A stretch of 64,000 bases of DNA. Origin: an uncultured Verrucomicrobiae bacterium. GTDB lineage: Bacteria > Verrucomicrobiota > Verrucomicrobiia > Chthoniobacterales > JAFAMB01. Where the stretch lies: positions 928,001-992,000 of the forward strand of contig CAWEXO010000011.1 in assembly GCA_963813025.1 (NCBI GenBank), written 5' to 3'. A program made the translations under genes and the position numbers. Positions within the stretch are counted from its first letter, which is position 1, and each line of letters begins with the position of its first letter. This document shows, one piece after another, positions 9,923 through 19,761 of the stretch. The notes below the pieces were generated by a model. It saw nothing but the letters and a program-made list of their open reading frames with translations, was not told where the DNA came from and ran no database searches.

Positions 9923-10525
9923 ATGCCTGCAATCGGAATAACCGGCGGCGTGGCAACGGGTAAATCGTCGGTCGCCCAAGAGCTCGCCGCGAATCTGGCT
10001 CCCCGAATCCCCGTTCTCATGTTTAGCGCAGATTTTGAGGCTCGGAGATTGACGGATTCAGATTTCGCGGTACAAGAGGAAATTAGGTCGGCATTCGGAG
10101 GTCAGGTTTTCCATCCGGATGGTGCTCTTGCCCGGGATCGGCTGCGAGAGTTGGTATTCCAGGACGCCTCAGCGCGAAAGCGACTGGAAGAAATCCTGCA
10201 CCCACGGATTCGACAGGCTTGGATCGCGCATTTGCGAGAAGAGCGGTTGCTCCTAGCGGAGATCCCGCTGTTGTATGAAACAGCCGCTGACCAAAATTTT
10301 GATTTAATAATCGTTACTGCTTGTAGTTTGAACTCCCAAAAGTATCGCCTCGTGACTGGACGAGGGCTGCCAATGACGCTGGCCGAACAGGTGATTGGCT
10401 CGCAACTCTCCCTGGACGACAAGATCCGCAGAGCCGATCGCCTTGTTTGGACTGACTGCCCAACGCACATAACGAAACTGCAGCTGAATTATCTGGCTCA
10501 AGAACTCATCGACCGTTATGGATGA
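9923..10525 (+). CDS. coaE: Dephospho-CoA kinase
   Basis: IGITGGVATGKS P-loop, LEEILHPRI, EIPLLYE. Confidence 0.93.
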   Translation: MPAIGITGGVATGKSSVAQELAANLAPRIPVLMFSADFEARRLTDSDFAVQEEIRSAFGGQVFHPDGALARDRLRELVFQDASARKRLEEILHPRIRQAWIAHLREERLLLAEIPLLYETAADQNFDLIIVTACSLNSQKYRLVTGRGLPMTLAEQVIGSQLSLDDKIRRADRLVWTDCPTHITKLQLNYLAQELIDRYG

Positions 10526-11831
10526 CCGAACGCCGGGAGCTGTTCCCGGCTCAATGTATTTAACCGAGGGGGGCGCCACGCTGGAGTTAGGGACCCTTCA
10601 CGAGCTTAGCCATCCGACGCTGCTCGAGCTGGCCGCCGAGTTCCCTCTCCGGACTTCGCACGAACGCACGCGTCACCAGATTATTTTTGACCTCCTCAAA
10701 GCTTACGCCGGCCGTGAGATTGCCGTGGTGGCCGAAGGCATGCTGGAAGTTACCAACGAGAGTTACGGGTTTCTTCGTTGGGAAAAATACAACTTTACCC
10801 CTTGCCCCGAGGACGTCTATGTACCCGCCGTATTTCTCAAAAAATACGGTTTACGGGCGGGGCACAAGGTGAAGGGGGTGATCCGCCCGCCGCGGGACAA
10901 GGAGAAGTTCATGGCCTTGGAGCAGGTCATCTCGATCGAGCGCATCCCCCTCGAGAACTGGGAGGAACCGAAGCACTTCGATCAGCTCACCGCCCTCTTC
11001 CCCGATCGTCGAATTCTTCTGGAAAATCTCCGGACAAAGAGCGTCAGCGCCCGAGCAGTCGATTTGATTGCCCCGCTCGGCCGCGGCCAGCGTGGCTTGA
11101 TTGTCGCGGCGCCACGCACCGGAAAGACCATTCTCCTGAAGGAGATCGCGCTCGCTATTCGGGCAAATTGTCCCGATGTGCATTTGATCCTGCTGCTCGT
11201 AAACGAACGACCGGAGGAAGTCACGGACCTCAAGAGCGTGCTCGACTGCGAGATTTTCAGCTCCACTTTCGACGAATCGCCCGCCCGGCACGTGCAGGTG
11301 GCGGAGTTGGTCAGCGAGCGGGCCAAACGGCTGGTTGAACTGCGCAAAGATGTCGTAATTCTCCTGGATAGCATTACCCGGCTGGCCCGCGGTTACAATG
11401 CCCTGCAACCGGGCAAGGGGCGGATTATGTCCGGCGGAGTCGAAGCCAAAGCTCTCCTGAAGCCGAAGAAATTCTTCGGAGCAGCCCGCAATGTGGAGGA
11501 AGGTGGCAGCCTGACCATTTTGGCGACTGCCTTGATCGATACCGAAAGCCGGATGGACGAAGTGATCTTTGAGGAATTCAAGGGAACCGGTAACATGGAG
11601 CTGCACCTCGATCGCACGCTCGTCGAAAAAAGAATCTACCCAGCAATCCATATCCTGAAATCCGCGACGCGGCGGGACGATCTCCTCTATCATCCGGAAG
11701 AGTTTGAGCGGGTGACGCTTCTTCGGAAGAAGCTCGCTCAGCTGCCGGCCATTGAAGCGATGGAAGTGCTGCTCCAGACCCTGAAGGCGACTAAGAGCAA
11801 TGCCGAGCTGTTGCTCACCGCCTTGCGTTAG
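10518..11831 (+). CDS. rho: Transcription termination factor Rho
   Basis: [53 protein letters not shown]. Confidence 0.97.
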   Translation: MDDRTPGAVPGSMYLTEGGATLELGTLHELSHPTLLELAAEFPLRTSHERTRHQIIFDLLKAYAGREIAVVAEGMLEVTNESYGFLRWEKYNFTPCPEDVYVPAVFLKKYGLRAGHKVKGVIRPPRDKEKFMALEQVISIERIPLENWEEPKHFDQLTALFPDRRILLENLRTKSVSARAVDLIAPLGRGQRGLIVAAPRTGKTILLKEIALAIRANCPDVHLILLLVNERPEEVTDLKSVLDCEIFSSTFDESPARHVQVAELVSERAKRLVELRKDVVILLDSITRLARGYNALQPGKGRIMSGGVEAKALLKPKKFFGAARNVEEGGSLTILATALIDTESRMDEVIFEEFKGTGNMELHLDRTLVEKRIYPAIHILKSATRRDDLLYHPEEFERVTLLRKKLAQLPAIEAMEVLLQTLKATKSNAELLLTALR

Positions 11832-11833
11832 TT

Positions 11834-12904
11834 ATGATTGAGGAAGCGAAGCTCATTGACTCAAGCAACGCACTCGTGGACTGGTGCGCCGCCATCGCCC
11901 GAGCGAATGTGATCGCCCTCGATACGGAGGGTGACAGTCTCCATTGCTATTTTGAAAAGCTCTGTCTGATCCAGATCGGCTTGCCTGACCGGAACATCCT
12001 CGTAGACCCCCTCGCGGCAATCGATCTTTCTCCGCTTAACGCCACATTGGAGGGAAAGCCGCTGGTCTTCCACGGCTGCGATTATGATCTTCGGATGCTT
12101 CGGCGAGGAATTGGGTTTTCTCCGAACAACGTCTTTGATACTTACCACGCCGCACGGCTCGCCGGAATCAAAGAAGTAGGGTACGCGTCGCTCGTGAAAT
12201 TTTTCTTTGGAATTGATCTCCCGAAATCCTCGCAAAAAGCCAATTGGGCCAGGCGCCCGCTCACTCTTCCCATGATGAAATATGCGCTCAATGACACCCG
12301 TTATCTCCTGGACTTGAGCGATCGCTTGGCCGCTTTGCTCCAGGCTAAGCAGCGCTGGTCGTGGTTGGAGGAAACATGCGGCCGGGCGGTCGCAGCGGCA
12401 GCCACGGATCGAGATCGTGATCTGGACAAGGTCTGGAAAGTCGCCGGAAGCGCTGCTCTGCGGGGTCAAGCCTCCGCGGTGCTGCGCGAGCTCTGGTTTT
12501 GGCGGGACGCCGAAGCGCGCGAAGTCGACCGGCCCGCTTTTCAGATCCTGCGCAACGAGGATCTGATCGCCATCGCGCGGCGGGCAGCAGAAACTGATTT
12601 TGTGGAACTGCCGGGGCATTTACCTTCCGGCCGGCGGAGAAGATTGCGGGAATCGATCGAGAGAGCGCTGCGTCTTCCCGAATCGGCTTGGCCCCAGGCG
12701 CAATCAGCTCCACGAGTGCGTTCCACCGCTGAACAGGATCAGCTTTTTGAAGTTCTAAAGAGCAAGCGCGATAAAGTAGCCGCCGAGCTGGAGCTGGATC
12801 CGGGCGTCGTCGCGCCGCGACAAGCGTTGGAACGTGTCGCGCGAGAGCCGGAATCCAGTTCGGAGGTTTTGATGGCTTGGCAATGCGAGTTGCTTGGGTT
12901 GTAG
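11834..12904 (+). CDS. rnd: Ribonuclease D (3'-5' exonuclease + HRDC)
   Basis: ALDTEGDSLHCY...LCLIQI, NWARRPL...YALND, C-terminal HRDC (WRDAEAREVDRPAF). Confidence 0.92.
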   Translation: MIEEAKLIDSSNALVDWCAAIARANVIALDTEGDSLHCYFEKLCLIQIGLPDRNILVDPLAAIDLSPLNATLEGKPLVFHGCDYDLRMLRRGIGFSPNNVFDTYHAARLAGIKEVGYASLVKFFFGIDLPKSSQKANWARRPLTLPMMKYALNDTRYLLDLSDRLAALLQAKQRWSWLEETCGRAVAAAATDRDRDLDKVWKVAGSAALRGQASAVLRELWFWRDAEAREVDRPAFQILRNEDLIAIARRAAETDFVELPGHLPSGRRRRLRESIERALRLPESAWPQAQSAPRVRSTAEQDQLFEVLKSKRDKVAAELELDPGVVAPRQALERVAREPESSSEVLMAWQCELLGL

Positions 12905-12910
12905 GGGAAA

Positions 12911-13170
12911 GGGAGTTCAAGGAAGTTCAAGGAAGTTCAGGGAAGTACCCTTCGGACTCTACTCAGATTCACTGTGTGTCCTCGAAAGCGGGCGACCCAC
13001 CTTCGCCTTCGCTGCGCTCACCCACGGCGCGGCAGGCCTTGTCGCCGCTTTGAGACTGCGGGTCTACCCGCCGTCGGCGAGTCCGCGGGAATGAAGGAGG
13101 GAGCGCGACCCCAACCAAGCGGGTCTTTTTCGCCAGGCAACTTGGCCTGAATTTCCCTGAACTTCCCCTC
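12911..13170. repeat. Composite intergenic element: inverted (GAACTTCC) decamer arms enclosing a REP-like unit
   Basis: gggagttcaaggaagttcaaggaagttcaggga (12911) versus aatttccctgaacttcccc (13150); inner 13000-13051 is a reverse-complement homologue of 24545-24597. Confidence 0.7.
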
Positions 13171-13188
13171 CGCCCGCCAACTTTCCCG

Positions 13189-13218
13189 TTGGCAAGAAGA
13201 ACCAGGTGAGCTAAGAAT
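13189..13218 (+). promoter_or_regulatory. Putative sigma70 promoter for the leader peptide/DAHP synthase transcript
   Basis: TTGGCA-N17-TAAGAAT just upstream of the leader ATG at 13231. Confidence 0.45.
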
Positions 13219-13230
13219 CTTTCAACAATC

Positions 13231-13317
13231 ATGAAACCGAACCGGATTTCGCTGACCAGCTATGCTGTCAAAAGCGAGTTCTTCGGCTACCGGTTTTTCT
13301 TTTGGCGCGTTATCTAG
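13231..13317 (+). CDS. Putative aromatic-amino-acid attenuator leader peptide [28 protein letters not shown]
   Basis: 28 codons with 5 Phe, 2 Tyr, 1 Trp; 7 of 9 consecutive codons are aromatic (FFGYRFFFW); ends 173 nt upstream of DAHP synthase. Confidence 0.8.
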   Translation: MKPNRISLTSYAVKSEFFGYRFFFWRVI

Positions 13318-13490
13318 GCGCCGACCTCTCGCTCCCGTCCCCTGCGAGTGTTCTTCAGTCGACGCTTGTTCTAATCATGCAGACGCTTACCCCTCCATCT
13401 CCTGTCTCGAGTTCGAGGAAATTGTCATCGAAACAGCCGGATATTAATAAAAGTTGCGATAGATCAACCCTCACCCCGAACTTCCTTGCC

Positions 13491-14504
13491 ATGATCATCA
13501 TTACTCGTCCTGATGCGACTGAGGAGCAGATCGAACACGTCGTGTCCCGAATCCGTGCCTGGGGCCTGAAAGCCGAGGTCAGCCGCGGCAAGATGCGCGT
13601 CGTGATCGGCGTGATCGGGCCCGAAGATAAAATCCGCGAAAAGCCGCTCGGCGCTTTCCCCGGAGTCGAATCAGTGACGCCGGTTCTGAAGCCGTACAAA
13701 CTGGTCGCGTACGAATTTCGCGGGACGCCCTCAGTAATCCGCGTCGGGCAAGTGCCGATCGGGACAAAGCAGATCGTCGTGATGGCCGGACCTTGCTCGG
13801 TCGAGAGCGAGGAACAGATCACCGAGATTGCCCACAGCGTTAAGGCGTCCGGGGCAAAGATTCTCCGCGGCGGCGCCTTCAAACCGCGCACTTCGCCGTA
13901 CAGTTTTCAAGGATTGGGGAAGGTCGGTCTGCAACTCCTGGCCGAAGCACGCAAACAAACCGGGATGCCGATCATTACCGAGGTCATGGATACCAAAGAT
14001 CTCGATCTCGTCGTCGAGTATGCTGATTGCCTCCAAATCGGCGCGCGTAACATGCAGAATTTTTCTCTGTTGCGCGAAGTTGGCCGAACCCGATTGCCGG
14101 TGATGTTAAAACGCGGCATGTCCGCCACGATCAAGGACCTGCTTATGAGTGCGGAATACATTTTGAGCGAAGGCAACTTCAATGTACTCCTTTGCGAGCG
14201 GGGCATTCGGACATTTGAGACAATGACGCGAAACACACTCGATCTGAACGCGGTTCCAGTACTGAAGTCGGAAACCCATTTGCCCGTGGTGGTCGATCCA
14301 ACACACGGGGTGGGCGTCCGCGATTACATACCCGCCATGGCTTTAGCGGCGGTTGCCGCGGGCGCCGATTCGATTATGCTGGAGGTCCATAACGCTCCCG
14401 AACAGGCGAAAAGCGACGGAGAACAATCCCTTTTACCGGAATCCTTCAGCCGATTGGTTGAACGGATCCGGGACGTCGCTTTGGCGGTTGGGCGCAGCCT
14501 TTGA
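13491..14504 (+). CDS. aroF: 3-deoxy-7-phosphoheptulonate (DAHP) synthase, type I-beta with N-terminal regulatory domain
   Basis: [58 protein letters not shown]; start at ATG 13491 (MIIITRPDA). Confidence 0.95.
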   Translation: MIIITRPDATEEQIEHVVSRIRAWGLKAEVSRGKMRVVIGVIGPEDKIREKPLGAFPGVESVTPVLKPYKLVAYEFRGTPSVIRVGQVPIGTKQIVVMAGPCSVESEEQITEIAHSVKASGAKILRGGAFKPRTSPYSFQGLGKVGLQLLAEARKQTGMPIITEVMDTKDLDLVVEYADCLQIGARNMQNFSLLREVGRTRLPVMLKRGMSATIKDLLMSAEYILSEGNFNVLLCERGIRTFETMTRNTLDLNAVPVLKSETHLPVVVDPTHGVGVRDYIPAMALAAVAAGADSIMLEVHNAPEQAKSDGEQSLLPESFSRLVERIRDVALAVGRSL

Positions 14505-14729
14505 AATGATGTTTGCCGATCGATCGTCAAGATCTCGCCCGGAGCGCACTGCGTGCCGAAGTCGTAACTACTCTTCCGCCTTTTCGCTGGCTTTGACGCA
14601 GCCCTTTGGCGGGTGCCAGGATCCGCGTACCGGCACCGCATGAGTCCAAGCGAACAATTCGGTCTGCTTGCCTTCGAAGATCGAGGAAGAGGACGAGCAC
14701 GAGGAGGAATATCCTCGAGGCATAATGGC

Positions 14730-15401
14730 ATGTTCAGAGCGATTCTAGCCGCGCTGGCGTTTGGATGTTTGATGGTGCAATCCGTGCTGGGAGCCGAATC
14801 GAAAGCGCTGAATTCCACGCTTGAGCGAGCAAGCGACGCTTTGTCGCGCGGCAAGCTGGCCGAAGCCGAGAAGCTGGTGGACAGCGCTAACCGAATTGCT
14901 CCGGACAAACCGGACGTTGCCAACCTGCGAGGAGCGCTTTTTTCCAGGCAAGGCAAGTACCAGGAAGCAGCTCAGCAATTCAATAGAGCTCTCCAACTCG
15001 ACCCAAACTTTCAATTGGCGAAATTCAACCTCGCCGAATTGGCTCTTCTCCAAGGCAACTTTGACGAAGCCCGCAACCGTTTTACCCAACTGCAAAAACT
15101 CGATCCCGACTCCGAGCTGCTTCAATTCAAGCTCGTGTTGTGCGACGTCTTGCAAAATCGCGAAGCGGACGCGATCAGCGGCACCGAGCAGATCAACTTT
15201 CCCGGTCATACTCCGGCTTACTACTTCGCGCGGGCCGCGATCCTTTTTCGAAAGAACCAGACTGGGGAGGCGAATCAATATCTGGTAAACGCACGAAAGT
15301 ATTACACGCAGGCGCAATGTGCCTACTTTGAGCAGGCGCTGCGCGAACTAAAACTGATCCCGCCGTCCGGCACCGGCACTGCGGCAAAAGAAAAGCAATG
15401 A
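14730..15401 (+). CDS. Secreted tetratricopeptide repeat protein
   Basis: Signal peptide MFRAILAALAFGCLMVQSVLGA, TPR motifs (NLRGALFSRQGKYQEAAQQFNRALQLDP). Confidence 0.85.
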   Translation: MFRAILAALAFGCLMVQSVLGAESKALNSTLERASDALSRGKLAEAEKLVDSANRIAPDKPDVANLRGALFSRQGKYQEAAQQFNRALQLDPNFQLAKFNLAELALLQGNFDEARNRFTQLQKLDPDSELLQFKLVLCDVLQNREADAISGTEQINFPGHTPAYYFARAAILFRKNQTGEANQYLVNARKYYTQAQCAYFEQALRELKLIPPSGTGTAAKEKQ

Positions 15402-16075
15402 TCGTAGGTCCAGCCAAACAGAGGATAGGAGCAATTATCGAAAGGCTGCAGGCCACTTATCCCCACGCTCATTGTGCGCTGCAATTTAGCAACCCGTTCG
15501 AACTGCTGGTCGCCACGATTCTTTCCGCCCAGACGACCGATGCCCGCGTCAACCTGGTGACTCGCCAGCTTTTTTCGAAGTATCCGCACCCGATCAACCT
15601 CGCCGAGGCTGATCCGGCTGAGCTGGAGGAGGATATCAAGAGCACTGGATTTTTTCGCAACAAAGCAAAGAGCTTGCGTCTGATGGCGAGGGACTTGGTT
15701 GACAAGTTCGGTGGCGAAGTTCCCCGGACTATCAAGGACCTGACCAGTTTAGCCGGGGTGGGCCGCAAGACGGCCAATGTCGTTTTAGGGAATGCCTTTC
15801 AAATCGAGGAAGGCGTGGTCGTCGACACGCATGTTGCCCGGCTCTCGCAGCGCCTGAAGCTCAGCCGGCAGATCGCTCCGGAGAAAATTGAAGCTGACCT
15901 GATGCGTCTGGTGCCGCGGCGCCATTGGACCAACTTCAGCCACTGGCTGATTTGGCATGGAAGACGACGGTGTTTCGCGCGCAAACCGGACTGTCCGCGC
16001 TGCGAACTGGCCGATCTTTGTCCGAGCTGCGGCCGCTTCGAAAAGAAAAAGTCGGCCGCCAAGCCTGCTCGGTAG
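15398..16075 (+). CDS. nth: Endonuclease III
   Basis: LSAQTTD, HhH LAGVGRKTANVVL, VDTHV, 4Fe-4S C-x6-C-x2-C-x5-C. Confidence 0.96.
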   Translation: MIVGPAKQRIGAIIERLQATYPHAHCALQFSNPFELLVATILSAQTTDARVNLVTRQLFSKYPHPINLAEADPAELEEDIKSTGFFRNKAKSLRLMARDLVDKFGGEVPRTIKDLTSLAGVGRKTANVVLGNAFQIEEGVVVDTHVARLSQRLKLSRQIAPEKIEADLMRLVPRRHWTNFSHWLIWHGRRRCFARKPDCPRCELADLCPSCGRFEKKKSAAKPAR

Positions 16076-16120
16076 GAGGTAGCGTTGGCCCGGTGCGGCC
16101 AGTTCGGCCCGGCGTATTGC

Positions 16121-16277
16121 GGAGCGCGCGACTTGTCGCCACTTGCTGACCCGAGCGGAGCGAGGCTGCCGATAAGGCAGGTCTTTTCGCCATGGAATTC
16201 TGCACTTCATGGTTCGGCAGTGGGCCGGGGCCGCGCTCCACGCGGATCCTAAAGCGGCGACAAGTCGCACGCACTCC
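16121..16277. repeat. Inverted pair of REP-like units GGAGYGCGYGNCTTGTCGCCRCTT
   Basis: ggagcgcgcgacttgtcgccactt (16121-16144) and aaagcggcgacaagtcgcacgcactcc (16251-16277); third copy at 28457-28482. Confidence 0.8.
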
Positions 16278-16428
16278 AAGACGCGCCGCGAATAGGCAGC
16301 GCTTCCGAGCAGATCCGGATGTTGAATGATGGCGCTAGACAAGCTCAAAAACCTTCCCCTCTCGCTCGGAATATTTCGCTTTGCGCCTAGCGTTTTTCGC
16401 ACTACCTGCTGAGAACTCACTTATCGCA

Positions 16429-17205
16429 ATGATCGCTCAAGTTCTTTCTGGCAAAATCGGAGTCGTTTTTGGTGTCGCCAACAAGCGCAGCATCGCGTGG
16501 GCGATCGCGCAAGCCTGGGCCGCGGCCGGCGCCAAGCTCATTTTCAACTATCAGGGAGAACGCTTGAAGGAAAACGTGGAAGAATTGGCCGGGACTTTCG
16601 GCTCTGCGGTCCCGATTTACCCCTGCGACGTCTCTCGAGAAAGCGATATCGCTGAATTTTTCCGGAATGTTCGGAATCATACCGACCGGGTGGATTGTCT
16701 GCTACACGCCGTCGCTTTTGCTCCGAGAGAAGCCTTGGAAGGCGAATTTATCAATACATCGCGATCAGCCTTTCTGACCGCGCATGAAATAAGCGCTTAT
16801 TCGCTGGTAGCGCTTACCAGAGAGGCGGTACCGCTGATGGCCAACGGCGGCAGTGTAGTGGCAATGACCTACTATGGTTCCCAAAAAGTCGTGCCGCATT
16901 ACAACGTGATGGGTGTAGCCAAAGCCAGTTTGGAAGCCAGCTGCCGCTATCTCGCTTACGATCTGGGACCCAAAAAAATTCGGATCAACTGTATCAGCGC
17001 CGGACCGGTGCAAACGCTGGCTGCGCGCGGTATCAGCGGCTTTACGACGATGTTGAAACAGTACCAGGAAAAGGCGCCATTGCGTCGGAGCTGTGATCCG
17101 GCGGAGCTCGGGCAGACTGGTGTTTTTCTGGCCAGCGACGGCGCAGCGGCAATCACCGGACAAGTGATCTACGTCGATGGCGGCTACGAGATCATGGGAA
17201 TGTGA
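16429..17205 (+). CDS. fabI: Enoyl-ACP reductase
   Basis: GVANKRSIAWAIA, HAVAFAP, YNVMGVAKASLE, ISAGPVQTLAA, ITGQVIYVDGG. Confidence 0.96.
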   Translation: MIAQVLSGKIGVVFGVANKRSIAWAIAQAWAAAGAKLIFNYQGERLKENVEELAGTFGSAVPIYPCDVSRESDIAEFFRNVRNHTDRVDCLLHAVAFAPREALEGEFINTSRSAFLTAHEISAYSLVALTREAVPLMANGGSVVAMTYYGSQKVVPHYNVMGVAKASLEASCRYLAYDLGPKKIRINCISAGPVQTLAARGISGFTTMLKQYQEKAPLRRSCDPAELGQTGVFLASDGAAAITGQVIYVDGGYEIMGM

Positions 17206-17206
17206 A

Positions 17207-17343
17207 GCAGCTGATCAGGCTGGCATGTGGCAGTTATTTGAGCGGAGGAAGCGGCGGGAGCGGGTTCAGCGGCGGGAAGTAGCGGAACAGCTGAAGCAGT
17301 TCCCCGAACTTCCCCCGAACTTCCCCGAACTTCCCCAAACTTC
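17207..17343 (+). repeat. Repeat family A copy 5 followed by (TTCCCCGAAC)x4
   Basis: Same layout as 7888-8055: family A unit followed by a short GAAC-containing tandem repeat. Confidence 0.85.
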
Positions 17344-17346
17344 CTC

Positions 17347-18720
17347 TTGAACCCTATCGACCTCCAGAAACTGATTGACCTTCTCGGGCCGGATATTGTG
17401 TCGGTCGATCCACAGGTCCTGGAGAGCAACAGCGGAGATAAGTGGTTCGCCCGGCACCGCCCGGACGTTGTGGTCAATCCAAGCTCCACTGCTCAGGTCG
17501 CTCGGCTCTTGGAGTTTGCCAGCAAACATCAGGTACCGATCACGGCGCGAGGTTCCGGCTACGGTTACGTGGGCGGGTGTGTGCCTGAGCGAGGCGGGAT
17601 CGTGCTTTCCCTGGCGCGGATGACCCGCATCAAGGAGATCTCTGTGCCGGACGGGGTTGCCGTGGTGGAGCCCGGTGTGATTACCGGGGATTTGCAAAAG
17701 GTCGCGCGTCAACAGGGTTTGTTTTACCCGCCCGATCCGGCCAGCCTTAAGAACAGTTCAATCGGCGGAAACATCGCCACGAATGCCGGCGGACCCCGGT
17801 GCTTGAAATATGGCGTAACGCGAAACTATGTGCTCGGTGTCGAGGTGGTATTGATCGGCGGCTCGGTCGTGCGTCTCGGGGCGCGAACTTTGAAGAACAA
17901 AACCGGATTTGATCTGGTTGGCTTGTTTGTCGGCTCTGAGGGCATGCTCGGCGTGGTGACAGAAGCAACCCTGCGGCTCCTGCCTTTGCCTCCCGCCCGA
18001 GGATCTCTGTCGGCCAGCTTTGGCACGATCGAGGTGGCGGCCGCTGCCGTGCAGTTAATTCTCGCCGAGGGATTTCTGCCGTCTGCCTTGGAGATTGCAG
18101 ACCGGTTCACCCTGGAAGCGGCCCGGGAACATCTGTCCCAGCAGATTGTACCGGCAGGAGCGGCTCACTTGCTCGTCGACCTGGACGGACAGATCGAATC
18201 GGTAAAGTTGGAATTGGCCGCCCTTGCGACTCTGATCCAATCGGCGGGCGCTCTGAGCCTTGAATCGGCTTTTGGCGAAGCCGCCTGTGAGCGATTGTGG
18301 GACTTGCGCCGCGGCTTTTCGGAGTCCCTCAAGGCGACCGGATTGATTAAGCTTAACGAAGACGTGACGGTGCCGCGCGGTCGATTGGTGGATCTCGTCG
18401 AGTTTGCCTCTGAGCTACAGAAAAAATACCGGTTTCCGGTTGCGTGCTTCGGCCACGCCGGAGACGGAAACATCCATGTGAATATCATGGTTGCTGACCC
18501 CAACAGTCCGGGCGTCGCCGAAAAAATGGAACAGGCGCTCGACGCCCTCTTTGCCCAGGTCCTTGCTTGGGGTGGAGCGATTACCGGTGAACACGGTATC
18601 GGATTAGCCAAAAAAAGGTGGTGGCCGGACGCTGTATCGGCGGAGAACCAGGCATTGCATCGGAAGATTAAAGACGTGCTTGACCCGGAAAATCTGCTCA
18701 ACCCTGGAAAATTCCTCTAA
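17347..18720 (+). CDS. FAD-linked oxidase, glycolate oxidase GlcD / D-lactate dehydrogenase family
   Basis: YPPDPAS, GGNIATNAGG, LKYGVT, GSEGMLGVVT, GHAGDGNIH, GEHGIG, LNPGK. Confidence 0.92.
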   Translation: MNPIDLQKLIDLLGPDIVSVDPQVLESNSGDKWFARHRPDVVVNPSSTAQVARLLEFASKHQVPITARGSGYGYVGGCVPERGGIVLSLARMTRIKEISVPDGVAVVEPGVITGDLQKVARQQGLFYPPDPASLKNSSIGGNIATNAGGPRCLKYGVTRNYVLGVEVVLIGGSVVRLGARTLKNKTGFDLVGLFVGSEGMLGVVTEATLRLLPLPPARGSLSASFGTIEVAAAAVQLILAEGFLPSALEIADRFTLEAAREHLSQQIVPAGAAHLLVDLDGQIESVKLELAALATLIQSAGALSLESAFGEAACERLWDLRRGFSESLKATGLIKLNEDVTVPRGRLVDLVEFASELQKKYRFPVACFGHAGDGNIHVNIMVADPNSPGVAEKMEQALDALFAQVLAWGGAITGEHGIGLAKKRWWPDAVSAENQALHRKIKDVLDPENLLNPGKFL

Positions 18721-18800
18721 CCTGCATCGCTCACAAATCTCGAAGGATTTGTGGACGATGCAGGCTAATTTATTGATCTTCACCCCCAACTCTCTTCCTC

Positions 18801-19649
18801 ATGCCAAAATACGGAATACATGCTTTTACCTTGAACGGCTTCTGGGACAACCAGATTGCCTCTAAAGTCATTGCCGAAGCTGCTGAGCTTGGGCTCGATC
18901 TCATTGAGATTCCCGTCCTCAAGCCGGACGAGTTCGATTCGACGGTGGTCAGCAAAGCTTTGGAGCAGAATAAGATCGAAGCGACTGGTTCACTCTGTCT
19001 GCCGCGGGAGGCCCATTTACCCTTCAATCCACCGGGTGCGCTTGAGTTCCTGAAAAATGCGGTGGATCGGGTGGCGGACTTCGGTGGAAAACAGCTCCTC
19101 GGCTGTCTTTATTGCAATCTCGGTACGCTCACTAAACAACCGCCCACCGATGACGAACTCCGAAAATGCGCCGATGTGCTGGGCCAGCTTCGGGAATATG
19201 CCGGACCGAGAGGAGTGACGCTGGGCCTGGAACCCGTCAATCGTTACGAAACCTACCTGCTCAATGCCGGAAGCCAGGTAGCGGATCTCATCCGCAAGAT
19301 TGGGGCCCATGATATGGTGATCCACTTCGATACCTATCACATGAACATCGAAGAAGAGAGTTTCAGCACGGCATTGAAAGAGGCAGGCAAACTGGCCGGC
19401 TATATTCACATGTCCGAGAGTCACCGGGGAGCGCCGGGCGAGGGGACGGTGGAGTGGGACGACGTTTTTACCGGATTGAAGGCGATTAACTACGCCGGTC
19501 CGCTTGTCCTGGAAGCGTTTGCCGCCATTAATCCTGACCTGATCGGCGCGACCTGCCTCTGGCGAAAGAGCAAGTACGCTCCGCGCGATCTGGCGACGAA
19601 GGGACTCGAGTTTTTAAAGCGCAAAGCCGCAGAACATCAATTGGCCTGA
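18801..19649 (+). CDS. Sugar phosphate isomerase/epimerase (ketose 3-epimerase, D-tagatose/L-ribulose 3-epimerase family)
   Basis: LEPVNRYET, DTYHMNIEE, HMSESHRG, PGEGTVEW, LEAF. Confidence 0.88.
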   Translation: MPKYGIHAFTLNGFWDNQIASKVIAEAAELGLDLIEIPVLKPDEFDSTVVSKALEQNKIEATGSLCLPREAHLPFNPPGALEFLKNAVDRVADFGGKQLLGCLYCNLGTLTKQPPTDDELRKCADVLGQLREYAGPRGVTLGLEPVNRYETYLLNAGSQVADLIRKIGAHDMVIHFDTYHMNIEEESFSTALKEAGKLAGYIHMSESHRGAPGEGTVEWDDVFTGLKAINYAGPLVLEAFAAINPDLIGATCLWRKSKYAPRDLATKGLEFLKRKAAEHQLA

Positions 19650-19761
19650 AAACCCTAGGCCCTTGAGGGCGCCGAAAAGCCGGCGTTTCTGGATTTTATT
19701 ATTTACACAGTAGGCGGGGTCCGTTGTACCCTGAAAGACTCAAAAAAACCGTCTCGCTGTC

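Noticed and set aside
10851..11693. Long antisense ORFs (here opposite rho; also opposite argS, rnd, ndh and the PpiD-like gene)
   Set aside because: Expected shadow frames of GC-rich coding sequence; no independent motifs
13302..13490. 63-aa N-terminal extension of DAHP synthase in the ORF track
   Set aside because: Not family-like and overlaps the leader peptide; the real start is ATG 13491
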